A DNA stretch of 64,000 nt from Alphaproteobacteria bacterium (GTDB lineage Bacteria; Pseudomonadota; Alphaproteobacteria; RF32; CAG-239): positions 1,652 through 65,651 of the forward strand of contig JAZNKG010000049.1 in the NCBI GenBank assembly GCA_045578445.1. The letters run 5' to 3'. The position numbers and the translations under genes were made by a program. Numbering within the stretch: the stretch's first letter is position 1; every line of letters starts with the position of its first letter. Under the pieces are notes generated by a model, which was not told the origin of the DNA, ran no database searches, and saw only the letters and a program-made list of their open reading frames with translations. This document shows, in pieces, positions 32,548 through 42,475 of this stretch.

Positions 32548-33522
32548 ATGATAATTGGAGCAATAAAAGAATATAACAAAAATGAAACAAGATGTGCTTT
32601 AACCCCTGAAGTGGTAAAAAAATTAACCCAATTAGGGCATAAAATCATTTTACAAAAAAATATAGGAAAAAAATCAAATTTCTATGATATTGAATACAAA
32701 AATTCTGGAGCAATTTTATATGATAAGGCTGATGATATTTTCACTAAGTGTCAAATAATCTTACAAATAAGCCCACCTAAATTGGAACTTTTAAATACAA
32801 AACAACTACTTATTGCTGATTTTAGTAATTTTGAATTTTCTGACATCAATAATTTACCGCAAATTATCAGATTAGAAAAAGTACCACGCACATCTGTTGC
32901 TCAATCTATAGACATTCTAAGCTCTCAACATACTATTCGTGGATATATGGGAGCTATGTATGCACTCTATCACTCATCAAGGATTGCTCCTCAATTAATT
33001 ACGGCTTCAACTTCAATCAAAGCAACATCTGCTCTGATTATTGGAGCAAGTATCACAGGGCTACAAGCAGCCACAATATTTAAAAAACAAGGTTGTAAAG
33101 TAACAATTCTCGATATAAATGAACAAACTAAAGAACTAGCTCAATCGGTTGGAGCAAATTTTACCTCAGCAAATACAAAACATGAACTTATAGATTTAAT
33201 AAAAAACCAAAACTTCATCTTATCTTCTGCAAGTTCTATTAAAAACTCTCCTAAAATAATCAATTACAATTATTTACAATATTTAGAAAATTATCCAGTT
33301 ATAGTAGATACAACAAAAAACAATATTGAGATAGATAAAAACGAAGAAAAAACAGATAAATACCTATTTTACCGCAACACACAATTAGAAACATTATGCC
33401 CAACCACCGCTTCTGAATTATGGGCAAACAATATGTTAAATCTTATAAAAACTATTTTACCAAACACAAATCAACTAAACTTAGATATAAATTATATATC
33501 TGAAATGTTATATAAAGGATAA
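32548..33522 (+). CDS. pntA: NAD(P) transhydrogenase subunit alpha part 1 (dI)
   Basis: MIIGAIKEYNKNETRCALTPE N-terminus typical of AlaDH/PNT; start set to the internal ATG at 32548; upstream codons overlap the divergent gene. Confidence 0.85.
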   Translation: MIIGAIKEYNKNETRCALTPEVVKKLTQLGHKIILQKNIGKKSNFYDIEYKNSGAILYDKADDIFTKCQIILQISPPKLELLNTKQLLIADFSNFEFSDINNLPQIIRLEKVPRTSVAQSIDILSSQHTIRGYMGAMYALYHSSRIAPQLITASTSIKATSALIIGASITGLQAATIFKKQGCKVTILDINEQTKELAQSVGANFTSANTKHELIDLIKNQNFILSSASSIKNSPKIINYNYLQYLENYPVIVDTTKNNIEIDKNEEKTDKYLFYRNTQLETLCPTTASELWANNMLNLIKTILPNTNQLNLDINYISEMLYKG

Positions 33523-33526
33523 TGCC

Positions 33527-33808
33527 ATGTTTTTAATAGATGTATTAATTTTATCTTGTTTCATCGGCTATTTTGCAATTTGGCACGTTACTCCAATGCT
33601 ACACTCACCATTAATGAGTGTTACAAACGCAATATCAGGAATTGTTATCTTAGGAAGTATACAAACGTTAAATTATGCCACAACCAATATGGAATATCTG
33701 TTACTCTATTTTGCCATATTTCTTGCATCATTAAATATTTTTGGTGGTTTTTACATATCTGGAAGAATGTTAAATATGTTCAAAAAGAAAGATAGCTCAA
33801 ATGATTAA
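33527..33808 (+). CDS. pntA: NAD(P) transhydrogenase subunit alpha part 2 (membrane dII-a)
   Basis: 93 aa, three TM helices, SPLMSVTNAISGIV motif, between the dI and beta genes. Confidence 0.85.
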   Translation: MFLIDVLILSCFIGYFAIWHVTPMLHSPLMSVTNAISGIVILGSIQTLNYATTNMEYLLLYFAIFLASLNIFGGFYISGRMLNMFKKKDSSND

Positions 33809-35129
33809 TTATATAAATATTCTCATCTATACCTTATTCATCTTATCAATAAATAAATTATCATACGCTAAAACTGCCTATAAAGGAAATTTTTATGCTA
33901 TATGTGGAATGATACTCGCATTATGTATAGCCATAAAAGATGTAAATATATCACATCTACCATATTTAACCATTAGCATAATATTAGGAGCTCTCATTGG
34001 CATAACATATGCTAAAAAGGTTCAAATGCAAAATTTACCTCAAATGATTGCCCTATTAAATGGTTTTGGAGGATTAAGCGCTGGACTCATTGGAATTGGC
34101 GAAATAATCACTACAACACAAACAACATTTTTACATTTATTTATAGTAATTTTAGGTTTCATAACCTTTAGTGGTTCAATAGCCTCTTTTATAAAACTAA
34201 CATCAAATATAAAATTAGCCGAAGAAAAAATCATAAGAACTACTAATTTTTTTATATTTATTCTAGCTTTATTAAGCGCCTATTACACTTATAAAATAGA
34301 TGACAATTACCTTTTTCCTCTAGTTTTATCATTCAGTATATGGAGTTTTTTATTTGTACTTCCAATAGGTGGCGCAGATGCTCCAATAATAATATCTATA
34401 CTAAATGCTTTATCTGGTTGGTCAACGGTACTAGTTGGATTCAGTATATATAATCCTTTACTAATTATAACAGGCTCTATCATAGGTGCTAGCGGAATGA
34501 TTTTATCACACATAATGACCAAATCTATGAACCGTCCTTTACACAATGTACTTTTTCCAACCAAAAACATTTCACAGGAAACATTAACACAACAAACTTC
34601 ACATTTAAGCACACCAAATGATGTTGCTTTTTTAATGGAAAATGCCAACAAAATAATCATTGTACCTGGGTATGGTATGGCTGTAGCATCTGCACAACAC
34701 GAAATAGCAAATATGGCAAAAATTTTACAAAACAAATATCACGTAGACGTAAAGTTTGCCATACATCCAGTAGCAGGAAGAATGCCCGGACATATGAATG
34801 TTTTATTAGCTGAGGCAGATGTAGATACAGACAATATTTTTGAACTAAAAGACATTAATCAAGAATTTCAAACAACTGATGTCGTTTATGTAATTGGAGC
34901 AAATGATATAACAAATCCACTTGCAAAAACAAAAATAGATAGTCCAATTTATAAAATGCCTATTTTAGAAGTAGAGCAAGCCAAAAGAATCATTTTCGTT
35001 AAACGCTCTATGTCTTCAGGATATGCAGGTATAGATAACCCTCTATTTTATAGCGATAAAACCTTAATGCTATTAGGAGACGCTAAAGAAGTTACCAAAA
35101 AGATTGTTACAGAACTAGAAGAAGATTAG
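33801..35129 (+). CDS. pntB: NAD(P) transhydrogenase subunit beta
   Basis: Membrane N-terminal half and a dIII NADP(H) domain (VPGYGMAVA, HPVAGRMPGHMNVLLAEA, IGANDITNP). Confidence 0.93.
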   Translation: MINYINILIYTLFILSINKLSYAKTAYKGNFYAICGMILALCIAIKDVNISHLPYLTISIILGALIGITYAKKVQMQNLPQMIALLNGFGGLSAGLIGIGEIITTTQTTFLHLFIVILGFITFSGSIASFIKLTSNIKLAEEKIIRTTNFFIFILALLSAYYTYKIDDNYLFPLVLSFSIWSFLFVLPIGGADAPIIISILNALSGWSTVLVGFSIYNPLLIITGSIIGASGMILSHIMTKSMNRPLHNVLFPTKNISQETLTQQTSHLSTPNDVAFLMENANKIIIVPGYGMAVASAQHEIANMAKILQNKYHVDVKFAIHPVAGRMPGHMNVLLAEADVDTDNIFELKDINQEFQTTDVVYVIGANDITNPLAKTKIDSPIYKMPILEVEQAKRIIFVKRSMSSGYAGIDNPLFYSDKTLMLLGDAKEVTKKIVTELEED

Positions 35130-35716
35130 CTAGCTAAACAAGACATACCAGCTAAATATGTATTAAACAAAACTCTAACCACATATCTTTTTTCTAAACG
35201 CACAAACTCTTTTTCCGTTGTCAATAAAGAACTAAGTGCAAATAACGTAACAAATAAAACTTCTGTTGAAACTTTTCTTTCATTATCTAAAACTTTATCA
35301 AACAATTTATGAATATTATTTTCTAAAAGCTCTACAATTTTGATAATTCTCTTCAAATAAAACAAATCATATTTTGTGTCATTATTAGTAAAATGAAAAT
35401 GGTATAACGTAAACCACAAATTCTTATTATCTAAAACAAACTCAACAAACTTTTCCAACAAAGAATTTAAATTTTTATAGGCATCAGATCCAAACTCTGC
35501 ACTTTTTAATACTTCATATAATTCATCCAAAGTATAGCAATTTTCCCAAATTATTAAATTATCCATACTTTTATATTGATTATAAATAGTACCAACAGAA
35601 TAGCCAGAATAATCAGCTAATTTTCTTGCTGTTAAAAACTCTAAACCTTTATCTTTTAATATTTCTCTTGCTTTAAGAATTAAATCAACTCTAATTTCTT
35701 CTTTTGTTTTAGTCAT
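35126..35716 (-). CDS. TetR family transcriptional regulator
   Basis: N-terminal HTH (LTARKLADYSGYSVGTIYNQY); start set to the Met of MTKTKEEI. Confidence 0.75.
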   Translation of the reverse strand: MTKTKEEIRVDLILKAREILKDKGLEFLTARKLADYSGYSVGTIYNQYKSMDNLIIWENCYTLDELYEVLKSAEFGSDAYKNLNSLLEKFVEFVLDNKNLWFTLYHFHFTNNDTKYDLFYLKRIIKIVELLENNIHKLFDKVLDNERKVSTEVLFVTLFALSSLLTTEKEFVRLEKRYVVRVLFNTYLAGMSCLAS

Positions 35717-35850
35717 ATTTAATCTCTCACTAGTGGCATTTACACTCACACAATAATCTAATTTAAAACAGTGTTCAAGTGTTTTTTTATAAAAAATTTA
35801 ACTATTATATCCTAAACTATTACCATTAACCAACAATAAGGACGAAAAAT

Positions 35851-37215
35851 ATGGCAAAAATAGGATTTTGCGCTATCGCAGGCAGTGGAATGAGTGCTCT
35901 CGCTCAAGTTCTAAAATTTAAAAATCACGATATTTATGGCACAGATAGAAGCTTTGACCAAGGAAAAGAACAAAAAGCAAAACAAAAATTAACAGAACTA
36001 GGCATCAAGCTTTATCCTCAAGATGGTTCAATGTTAGATAAAACATTTGATGTATTATATGCCTCAACTGCCGTAGAAGATACAATTCCTGATATTAAAA
36101 GAGCGAAAGAATTAAATATCCCTATTAAGCATCGTTCAGATTTACTTGCAGACATATTTTCGTCACACAAATACAATATTGCTGTCGGTGGAACTAGCGG
36201 AAAATCTACTGTAACGGCTATGATTGGTTATATCTTAGATAAATCAGCAAAATCTCCATTAGTAATAAATGGCGCTTTACTTAAAAATTATGAAAATCAA
36301 TCAGGAATTCCTAATGTAATCCTAAACAATGGCGAATATTGTGTAATAGAAGCAGATGAAAGTGATAGTTCTATAGAAAAATATACTCCATTCATATCTG
36401 TTATAAATAATATTTCATTAGACCATAAATCTATAGAAGAATTACAACAACTATTTGGAACATTCGCTCAAAAGGCAAAACGTGGTGTTGTTCTAAATAA
36501 AGATTGCCCAAATAGTTCAGCAATTACTCACATAAATAAAAATACTTTAACCTTTAGCATAACCGATTCTAGTGCAGATTTTTATGCAAAAAATATAACC
36601 GCCATTCAAAATGGAACATCATATACTTACAAAGACCAACAATATACATTAAACTTAATAGGCAAATTCAATGTATCAAACGCAATGTGTGCTATTGCTT
36701 GCTGTTCATTATTAGGAATAGATGCTCACACTTCTTGCAAAATTTTAGAAAGCTTTTTAGGAACAAAGCGCCGTCTTGAAGTTTTAGGACAAACAAATAA
36801 CATAACTGTTATAGATGACTTTGCACATAATCCAGATAAAGTAAATGCTTCTATGTCTGCCTTAAAAAGCTATAAGGGAAGATTAATTTTAATGTTTCAA
36901 CCGCACGGTTTCTCTCCAATGCGCTTAATGGGCAAAGAAATCATAGCAAGTTTTAATCGTCACATGGATGACCAAGATATCTTGCTTATTCCTGAAATAT
37001 TTTTTGCAGGAGGCACTGTTAAGAGAGATATATCATCTCTAGATTTAGTAAATCACGCAATAGAACTTGGCTCAAATGCAAAATTCTTCCCAACCAGAGA
37101 TGAACTAAAGCAACATATTTTAGAAATAGCAAAACCCAATGACCGTATTGTATTAATGGGAGCAAGAGATAACTCCATAACCGATATGGGCTTTGAATTA
37201 TTGGAGAAATTATAA
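35851..37215 (+). CDS. Mur ligase family protein (MurC/Mpl type), probably a murein-peptide recycling ligase
   Basis: GSGMSALAQVL N-terminus, P-loop GGTSGKST, DDFAHNP; stands outside a dcw cluster and is translationally coupled to ldcA. Confidence 0.8.
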   Translation: MAKIGFCAIAGSGMSALAQVLKFKNHDIYGTDRSFDQGKEQKAKQKLTELGIKLYPQDGSMLDKTFDVLYASTAVEDTIPDIKRAKELNIPIKHRSDLLADIFSSHKYNIAVGGTSGKSTVTAMIGYILDKSAKSPLVINGALLKNYENQSGIPNVILNNGEYCVIEADESDSSIEKYTPFISVINNISLDHKSIEELQQLFGTFAQKAKRGVVLNKDCPNSSAITHINKNTLTFSITDSSADFYAKNITAIQNGTSYTYKDQQYTLNLIGKFNVSNAMCAIACCSLLGIDAHTSCKILESFLGTKRRLEVLGQTNNITVIDDFAHNPDKVNASMSALKSYKGRLILMFQPHGFSPMRLMGKEIIASFNRHMDDQDILLIPEIFFAGGTVKRDISSLDLVNHAIELGSNAKFFPTRDELKQHILEIAKPNDRIVLMGARDNSITDMGFELLEKL

Positions 37216-38102
37216 TGGCAATACTAAAAAAGGGAGACAAAATCGGTATTATCGCTCCTTCTGTTGGTTTAAATGACAAAGATATAACTCCGTCTGTAAA
37301 CTATTTAAAAAAAATAGGCCTTACCCCTATATTAGCCAATAACTTAAACAAGAATTATCGCTATATGGCCGGTACTGATAAAGAGAGAGCCAATAATATA
37401 AACAAATTCTTCAAAGACGATAGTATTAGAGCTCTTTTTTGCTTAAGAGGTGGAGCTGGAGCTACTAGAATATTAGATTTATTAGACTATAACATCATTA
37501 AACAAAATAAAAAACCAATTTTTGGATTAAGCGATTCCACAGCTCTACAAAATGCCCTTATAGCAAAAGTAAAACTCACATCATACACTGGATTTTTACC
37601 TCTATATGATATAGATGGAGAAAATATAAATAAAACGCTACATACATCATTAAATAGCATATTATTCACCAATCATCAAAAAATAATTTCTGGTAATTGC
37701 TTTAAAAAAGGCGAATGCAAAGGAAAAATCGTAGGAGGATGTTTAAGTGTGCTTACATATCTTTGCGGAACACAATATTTCCCAAATTTATCTGGTAAAA
37801 TTTTACTACTAGAAGATGTTGGAGAAAAAACATATAAAATAGATTTAATGTTAAACCAATTAAAACAACAAAAAAACTTTAATAAATTAAAAGCTATAAT
37901 AATAGGACAATTTCATAACTGCATTATATCCGATAAAGAAGATGGAACAATAGAAGATTGCATCAAAGATTTTGCAAATGGACTAAATATTCCTGTAATA
38001 ACAAACTTCGCTTATGGACACATTAAAGAAAGATATGTTGTTCCATTAAACAAAACAGTTACACTTAAATCAACTACCAAAGAATGTTCTATTAGTTGGT
38101 AA
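37215..38102 (+). CDS. ldcA: LD-carboxypeptidase (peptidase S66)
   Basis: GDKIGIIAPS, LRGGAGATR, GLSDSTAL (nucleophile Ser), FAYGH (His). Confidence 0.85.
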   Translation: MAILKKGDKIGIIAPSVGLNDKDITPSVNYLKKIGLTPILANNLNKNYRYMAGTDKERANNINKFFKDDSIRALFCLRGGAGATRILDLLDYNIIKQNKKPIFGLSDSTALQNALIAKVKLTSYTGFLPLYDIDGENINKTLHTSLNSILFTNHQKIISGNCFKKGECKGKIVGGCLSVLTYLCGTQYFPNLSGKILLLEDVGEKTYKIDLMLNQLKQQKNFNKLKAIIIGQFHNCIISDKEDGTIEDCIKDFANGLNIPVITNFAYGHIKERYVVPLNKTVTLKSTTKECSISW

Positions 38103-38769
38103 AATACTGTAGAATCAACTCAATATAGCTTAAACTAAGTCTTGAAACAATGGTTACATATTTTTCAATTCCTTGCCATCCACCGTTATTAAAGGCAACA
38201 ATTGAAGAAAACATAAACATATTTGCACCAGGCAAAAAGAATATACAAAATGGAAAACCTACAATTTTAAAGTCTGGTTGGTCACCATGTATCTGCACCA
38301 TAATGCTTTCAACATGATATGCAAAAAAGTATCCTAAAATACCATTAATCCAATAACCTTCTGGTATTCTATTAGAAAAATATGTAATTCCAAGCATCAT
38401 AAAAAATAAAAAAAGCGGAAAGAAGTATGGACCAATTACAATTAACCAATTACCTCTACCCTTAAACTGCATAGCACCACCAGATTCATCCATATTAAGG
38501 TGAATATGCGTTACTTTGTGTAAAGTTAATAATGCAAAAAAGATATGCGTAAATTCATGTGCCAATATTTGCATAGAAACATTTGTTCTTGCTCCTGCAA
38601 CAATTTTTAAAGCTAAATATACAAACATCCCAACCCCAAAAACAACAAATCGCATATTTGTAACATTCAAATAATCTAAAGCTTTAACCAGTGCCGGCAA
38701 GGAAACAAGGGACAATATTGCTACAGGCCACTTAAATAAATCAATAAACAAATCAAGTAATTTTGACAT
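38092..38769 (-). CDS. integral membrane protein with HExxH motif (M50B/DUF3267-like putative metalloprotease)
   Basis: HEFTHIFFALL inside a multi-TM protein. Confidence 0.5.
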   Translation of the reverse strand: MSKLLDLFIDLFKWPVAILSLVSLPALVKALDYLNVTNMRFVVFGVGMFVYLALKIVAGARTNVSMQILAHEFTHIFFALLTLHKVTHIHLNMDESGGAMQFKGRGNWLIVIGPYFFPLFLFFMMLGITYFSNRIPEGYWINGILGYFFAYHVESIMVQIHGDQPDFKIVGFPFCIFFLPGANMFMFSSIVAFNNGGWQGIEKYVTIVSRLSLSYIELILQYFTN

Positions 38770-38896
38770 ACCAACCTCTCTTTACAAAGAGTCTATATCC
38801 TATATTTAATTTTTCAAATAAAATTTCTCTTTTATATTGGAAAAAGCATACTAGCTATTATATAAAAAACACCTTCAACCAAAGGAGAAACATTAA

Positions 38897-39274
38897 ATGA
38901 TAACATTTTGGAGAAAACAAATGGCTGAATATAAAAATAATAGAACTAATAACGATAATATGCAAAACAACAATGACTATCCATATTCTCAATATGAATG
39001 TGAATGTTGTCACTGCAAAAAAATATTTATGATGCTAGTACTATTAATTCTAACATTTATGGCTGGAATTATGGTTGGTAACTGTACAAGTCGTCCCTAT
39101 ATGACAAGCTATCCTTACGGTCCACATCTTGTAAAACAATATGAACACATGAAACATAAAAAATTTCACAAAGGAATGCACGAAGTTGCCCCAAACACAG
39201 CTCAACAAAATACGCCTGATATGCCAAACCAAGCAGTTGAAGGCTATATTGTAGAAATAAATCAAACAAATTAA
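38897..39274 (+). CDS. hypothetical single-pass membrane protein with CECCHC motif
   Basis: Asn-rich N-terminus, CECCHCKK immediately before the TM helix MMLVLLILTFMAGIMV. Confidence 0.45.
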   Translation: MITFWRKQMAEYKNNRTNNDNMQNNNDYPYSQYECECCHCKKIFMMLVLLILTFMAGIMVGNCTSRPYMTSYPYGPHLVKQYEHMKHKKFHKGMHEVAPNTAQQNTPDMPNQAVEGYIVEINQTN

Positions 39275-39291
39275 CTCATTGAAAATAAATA

Positions 39292-39320
39292 CAAGGCAGA
39301 TTTTTTCTGCCTTTTTGCTT
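39292..39320 (+). terminator. Rho-independent terminator
   Basis: aggcaga ttttt tctgcct followed by ttttgctt. Confidence 0.6.
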
Positions 39321-39398
39321 GACAAAACAAAATCATTACCTCAAACTGCTCACTACATAATAATTATTATTAACAATAAAAACTACTAACAAATTTTT

Positions 39399-40586
39399 AT
39401 GAAACAAACAAAAGCTTTGTATGCAGGATCATTTGATCCGTTTACAGTCGGGCATCTAGACATTGTAGAAAGAGCCTTACTGTCGTATGAAACGGTTTAT
39501 ATTGGAGTAGGATGTAACCCCAACAAAAAAACGTTTTTCAGTGCTACCGAACGCGTTGATTTAATCAAAGAAATCTTCATGTACCACCCTAAAAAACATA
39601 GGATTAAAGTATTGAAATATACTTGTTCTACTGTTGACTTAGCTATGTCACTAGACATTCATGTCCTCATTCGTGGAATGCGTTTTGAAGACCAAACCTT
39701 TGAAGAAACTAACGCAACTGCTAACCAGCTCATTGCCAGCACAAGAAATTATACCTTATATACAGAAATTCTCGTGCAAAACAATGACTTCTTGAAATGC
39801 GTATCATCCAGCGCTGTTAAAGCATTATGTGACCTTGGAGAATATGAAGCGGCATATCGTTATGTTCCACCTATTGTCCATCATGCACTAATGGAAAGAT
39901 ATCTATATCCTACATTTGCAACACTATTTTCACCAGAAACAGAAGAAAAGAAAGTTGCTCTTGTCTGGAAAAAACTGACATCTGCTTTACAGACAGAGAT
40001 ATACTACAACCTCTCAGAAATCGCTTTTAGAGTAAATATGTTTAACATCTATCTCGCACATAACCGTTGCGCCGAGATTGAAAGATATCAAAAAGAAATC
40101 TTAGCAGCTATTTTCCTATCTAATATTGTAGATAGATTTGTTGCTCACAAATTAAACATTACAGAGATTAATCTCAGCGATGAAGAGTTTAACGGCTATG
40201 CAGATACCTACAAAAAAACATATTTGCAAATATTCAATATCGTTGAATACAAATATGGCAAACTAAACTTCAATAAAGAAGCGGTTATCAATATAGACGG
40301 AGAATACAAAGAAGATGGCTCTTACGAATACAGTCAAAAAATATTTTGTGACCTTGAACTGCTATGGCTAGGAACAAAAGACGAAAAGCTTTTTGAACAA
40401 AAGGTTGCTCTAGTAAGAAGCTATTTCTCTACAAAGTATAACGGCAACGCATACTTCAAACAGTATCTTTGTGCTCTTAGAGATGAAGAAGAAATCTACG
40501 AAACAGAATTTTTCTATAACCTCTTTGAAAAACAAGCTCGAACAAACGTCTTCAAACAGATTATGCATATGCATTGCCCTGCATAA
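39399..40586 (+). CDS. coaD: phosphopantetheine adenylyltransferase fused to a C-terminal domain of about 230 aa (degenerate COG4339 HD-like)
   Basis: N-terminal 165 aa match CoaD (YAGSFDPFTVGHLDIVERA, SSSAVK). The C-terminal pattern DLELLWLG...VRSYF...IYETEFF...EKQARTNV resembles the tail of COG4339 HD-superfamily proteins. Confidence 0.8.
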   Translation: MKQTKALYAGSFDPFTVGHLDIVERALLSYETVYIGVGCNPNKKTFFSATERVDLIKEIFMYHPKKHRIKVLKYTCSTVDLAMSLDIHVLIRGMRFEDQTFEETNATANQLIASTRNYTLYTEILVQNNDFLKCVSSSAVKALCDLGEYEAAYRYVPPIVHHALMERYLYPTFATLFSPETEEKKVALVWKKLTSALQTEIYYNLSEIAFRVNMFNIYLAHNRCAEIERYQKEILAAIFLSNIVDRFVAHKLNITEINLSDEEFNGYADTYKKTYLQIFNIVEYKYGKLNFNKEAVINIDGEYKEDGSYEYSQKIFCDLELLWLGTKDEKLFEQKVALVRSYFSTKYNGNAYFKQYLCALRDEEEIYETEFFYNLFEKQARTNVFKQIMHMHCPA

Positions 40587-40597
40587 AGTCTAACATT

Positions 40598-40632
40598 TAA
40601 GCCACCTTTAAAAGGTGGCTTTTTTGTTTTTA
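40598..40632 (+). terminator. Rho-independent terminator
   Basis: agccacctt taaa aaggtggct followed by tttttgttttt. Confidence 0.7.
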
Positions 40633-40858
40633 AAATTTTTATTGACAAAACTTTATCATTACTATAAAAGACTCAACAGTTAAACTTTTTGAAAGTGCGA
40701 TAAATGAATATAGTATTTACAAATATTTCTTTACGCCGCCGCAATTTAAATATGCGACGATGATTTGTCTTACTTAAAAACAAGATAATCAGTCGCAAGG
40801 TTTGAGTTTTCTCAAATCTTTTTTTTATTTTAATTTGCATCAAAAAGGATTACAAAAC

Positions 40859-41626
40859 ATGTCAAAAAAACACCTAACATTAAAAAAACTTGATATCACA
40901 AACTTAAAAGACGTTATGTCTTTACAATCAACTATTATATCAGGGCTTCACCCTGATGAACAACATTTTATCCTACATAGAACAGAAAAAGACTATCTAA
41001 AGTCATTATCTGGCACTAGCTCAAATATGCTTGGAGTATTTGACCAAGATAAATTGATTGCCCAAATCATATATGCCCTCCCTCAATGTGGAGAAAACAG
41101 AGATATGCCAGAATTTAAATCAAATATACCAAACAACGAACTCGTAATTTATGAGGCTATATTAGTAGACCCTTCATACAGAGGCGGAAGCTTAATGAAA
41201 AAAATGCTTGGCTATATAGAAGAAAATCTTATCGATTCCAATAGAACCCACTCAATAATTCAAATTGCAATAGATAATCCTGCTAGTTGGATAAACGCAC
41301 TCAAACACGGTATGTCTATAACCAAAGTAGATAAAGACCCAACGGATGGTGTTAAAGTTATCTATCTCGAAAAAGAGATAAATAAACAGTCATCATCTTT
41401 TATTACCTCAAAATCTTATTCAATGTTTTTAGGTAATGATATTCACGCCAAAATACCTTCCCTATTCAATAAAATGCAATATTTTATAAATAGTGGATAT
41501 CATGGCGTTAGATTAGATAAAGAAACACAGTCTTTAATATGGGAAAAACAAGATTTTATAAACGAAAAACAAATCAAATACAGTCCCGTATTTTATCAAC
41601 ATTATGCAAAAACTGGAACAATGTAA
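40859..41626 (+). CDS. GNAT-like acetyltransferase with C-terminal extension
   Basis: ILVDPSYRGGSLMKKMLGYIE resembles GNAT motif A. Start set to the ATG at 40859 (AAGGA 9 nt upstream). Confidence 0.6.
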   Translation: MSKKHLTLKKLDITNLKDVMSLQSTIISGLHPDEQHFILHRTEKDYLKSLSGTSSNMLGVFDQDKLIAQIIYALPQCGENRDMPEFKSNIPNNELVIYEAILVDPSYRGGSLMKKMLGYIEENLIDSNRTHSIIQIAIDNPASWINALKHGMSITKVDKDPTDGVKVIYLEKEINKQSSSFITSKSYSMFLGNDIHAKIPSLFNKMQYFINSGYHGVRLDKETQSLIWEKQDFINEKQIKYSPVFYQHYAKTGTM

Positions 41627-42475
41627 TTATTTTTCTACCCCAAAATAGTACCACTCAGCACCAATTTCTGCACATAAATTAGGAAGAAGAATAAAGCCAT
41701 CATCAAGAGCGTATAACTCTTCTCCATCATCATAGCGAGCAATTAGCTCGCCTTTTTTTATACAATCTAAGTGCTTAAAATTTTTACACAATTTACCTTC
41801 ACGCTTTTTAATCACATAATTTTTCATTAAAATGTGTGTTTTTTCGTAAGTTTGACTATCTTTTGTTGCAACTAATCCAAACTTATTCAACATATTTATA
41901 ATAGCTTCATATGCAACATTACCCGCATCATCAGCTTTATGATAACCACACTCCAATGTTGTGCCAACATTACCGCAAAGATGAGCATATCTTTCTGTAG
42001 AAAAATCGTTTATCTCTCCTTGTCCATCATAAATTTGTGGCCAGCCTTCTAATACATACTTAACAGGTAAAACATCTATAAGTTTTTGATTTTCAACACT
42101 TGGATAATCACAAAAAGCAAAAGGAACATCTCCCTCACAATGAGTAGAGTGTAAATCTAACATAATATCGCAATCTTCAATCAACGGACATATTTTGTTT
42201 GCTAGTTTTTGTTCATATGTAGCAGGATTTTCATGTTTTGTAATAACTCTGTTCAAATTTTCATCAATAGAGCGTACATCTTTTTTATTTGCGTCGACAT
42301 TACAAACAGGAACTAAAACTAACTTTCCTTTTAATAATTTTATTTTTCCAGATTCTATCTCACTTATTAAACGACTAATAGCTTTAGGACCAGCTATCTC
42401 ATTACCATGTATAGCTCCTAAAATTAAAACATTAATTCCAGATTCCGCTCCTAAAAACTCAAATTTATTAATCAC
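41627..42475 (-). CDS. succinylglutamate desuccinylase/aspartoacylase family zinc carboxypeptidase-like protein
   Basis: LILGAIHGNEIAGP and MLDLHS motifs typical of the AstE/AspA family. Confidence 0.8.
   Translation of the reverse strand: MINKFEFLGAESGINVLILGAIHGNEIAGPKAISRLISEIESGKIKLLKGKLVLVPVCNVDANKKDVRSIDENLNRVITKHENPATYEQKLANKICPLIEDCDIMLDLHSTHCEGDVPFAFCDYPSVENQKLIDVLPVKYVLEGWPQIYDGQGEINDFSTERYAHLCGNVGTTLECGYHKADDAGNVAYEAIINMLNKFGLVATKDSQTYEKTHILMKNYVIKKREGKLCKNFKHLDCIKKGELIARYDDGEELYALDDGFILLPNLCAEIGAEWYYFGVEK

Noticed and set aside
33556-33795. 79-aa alternate-frame ORF within pntA part 2
   Set aside because: The overlapping frame 33527..33808 gives the expected three-helix PntAB protein; this frame gives a basic, non-membrane peptide.
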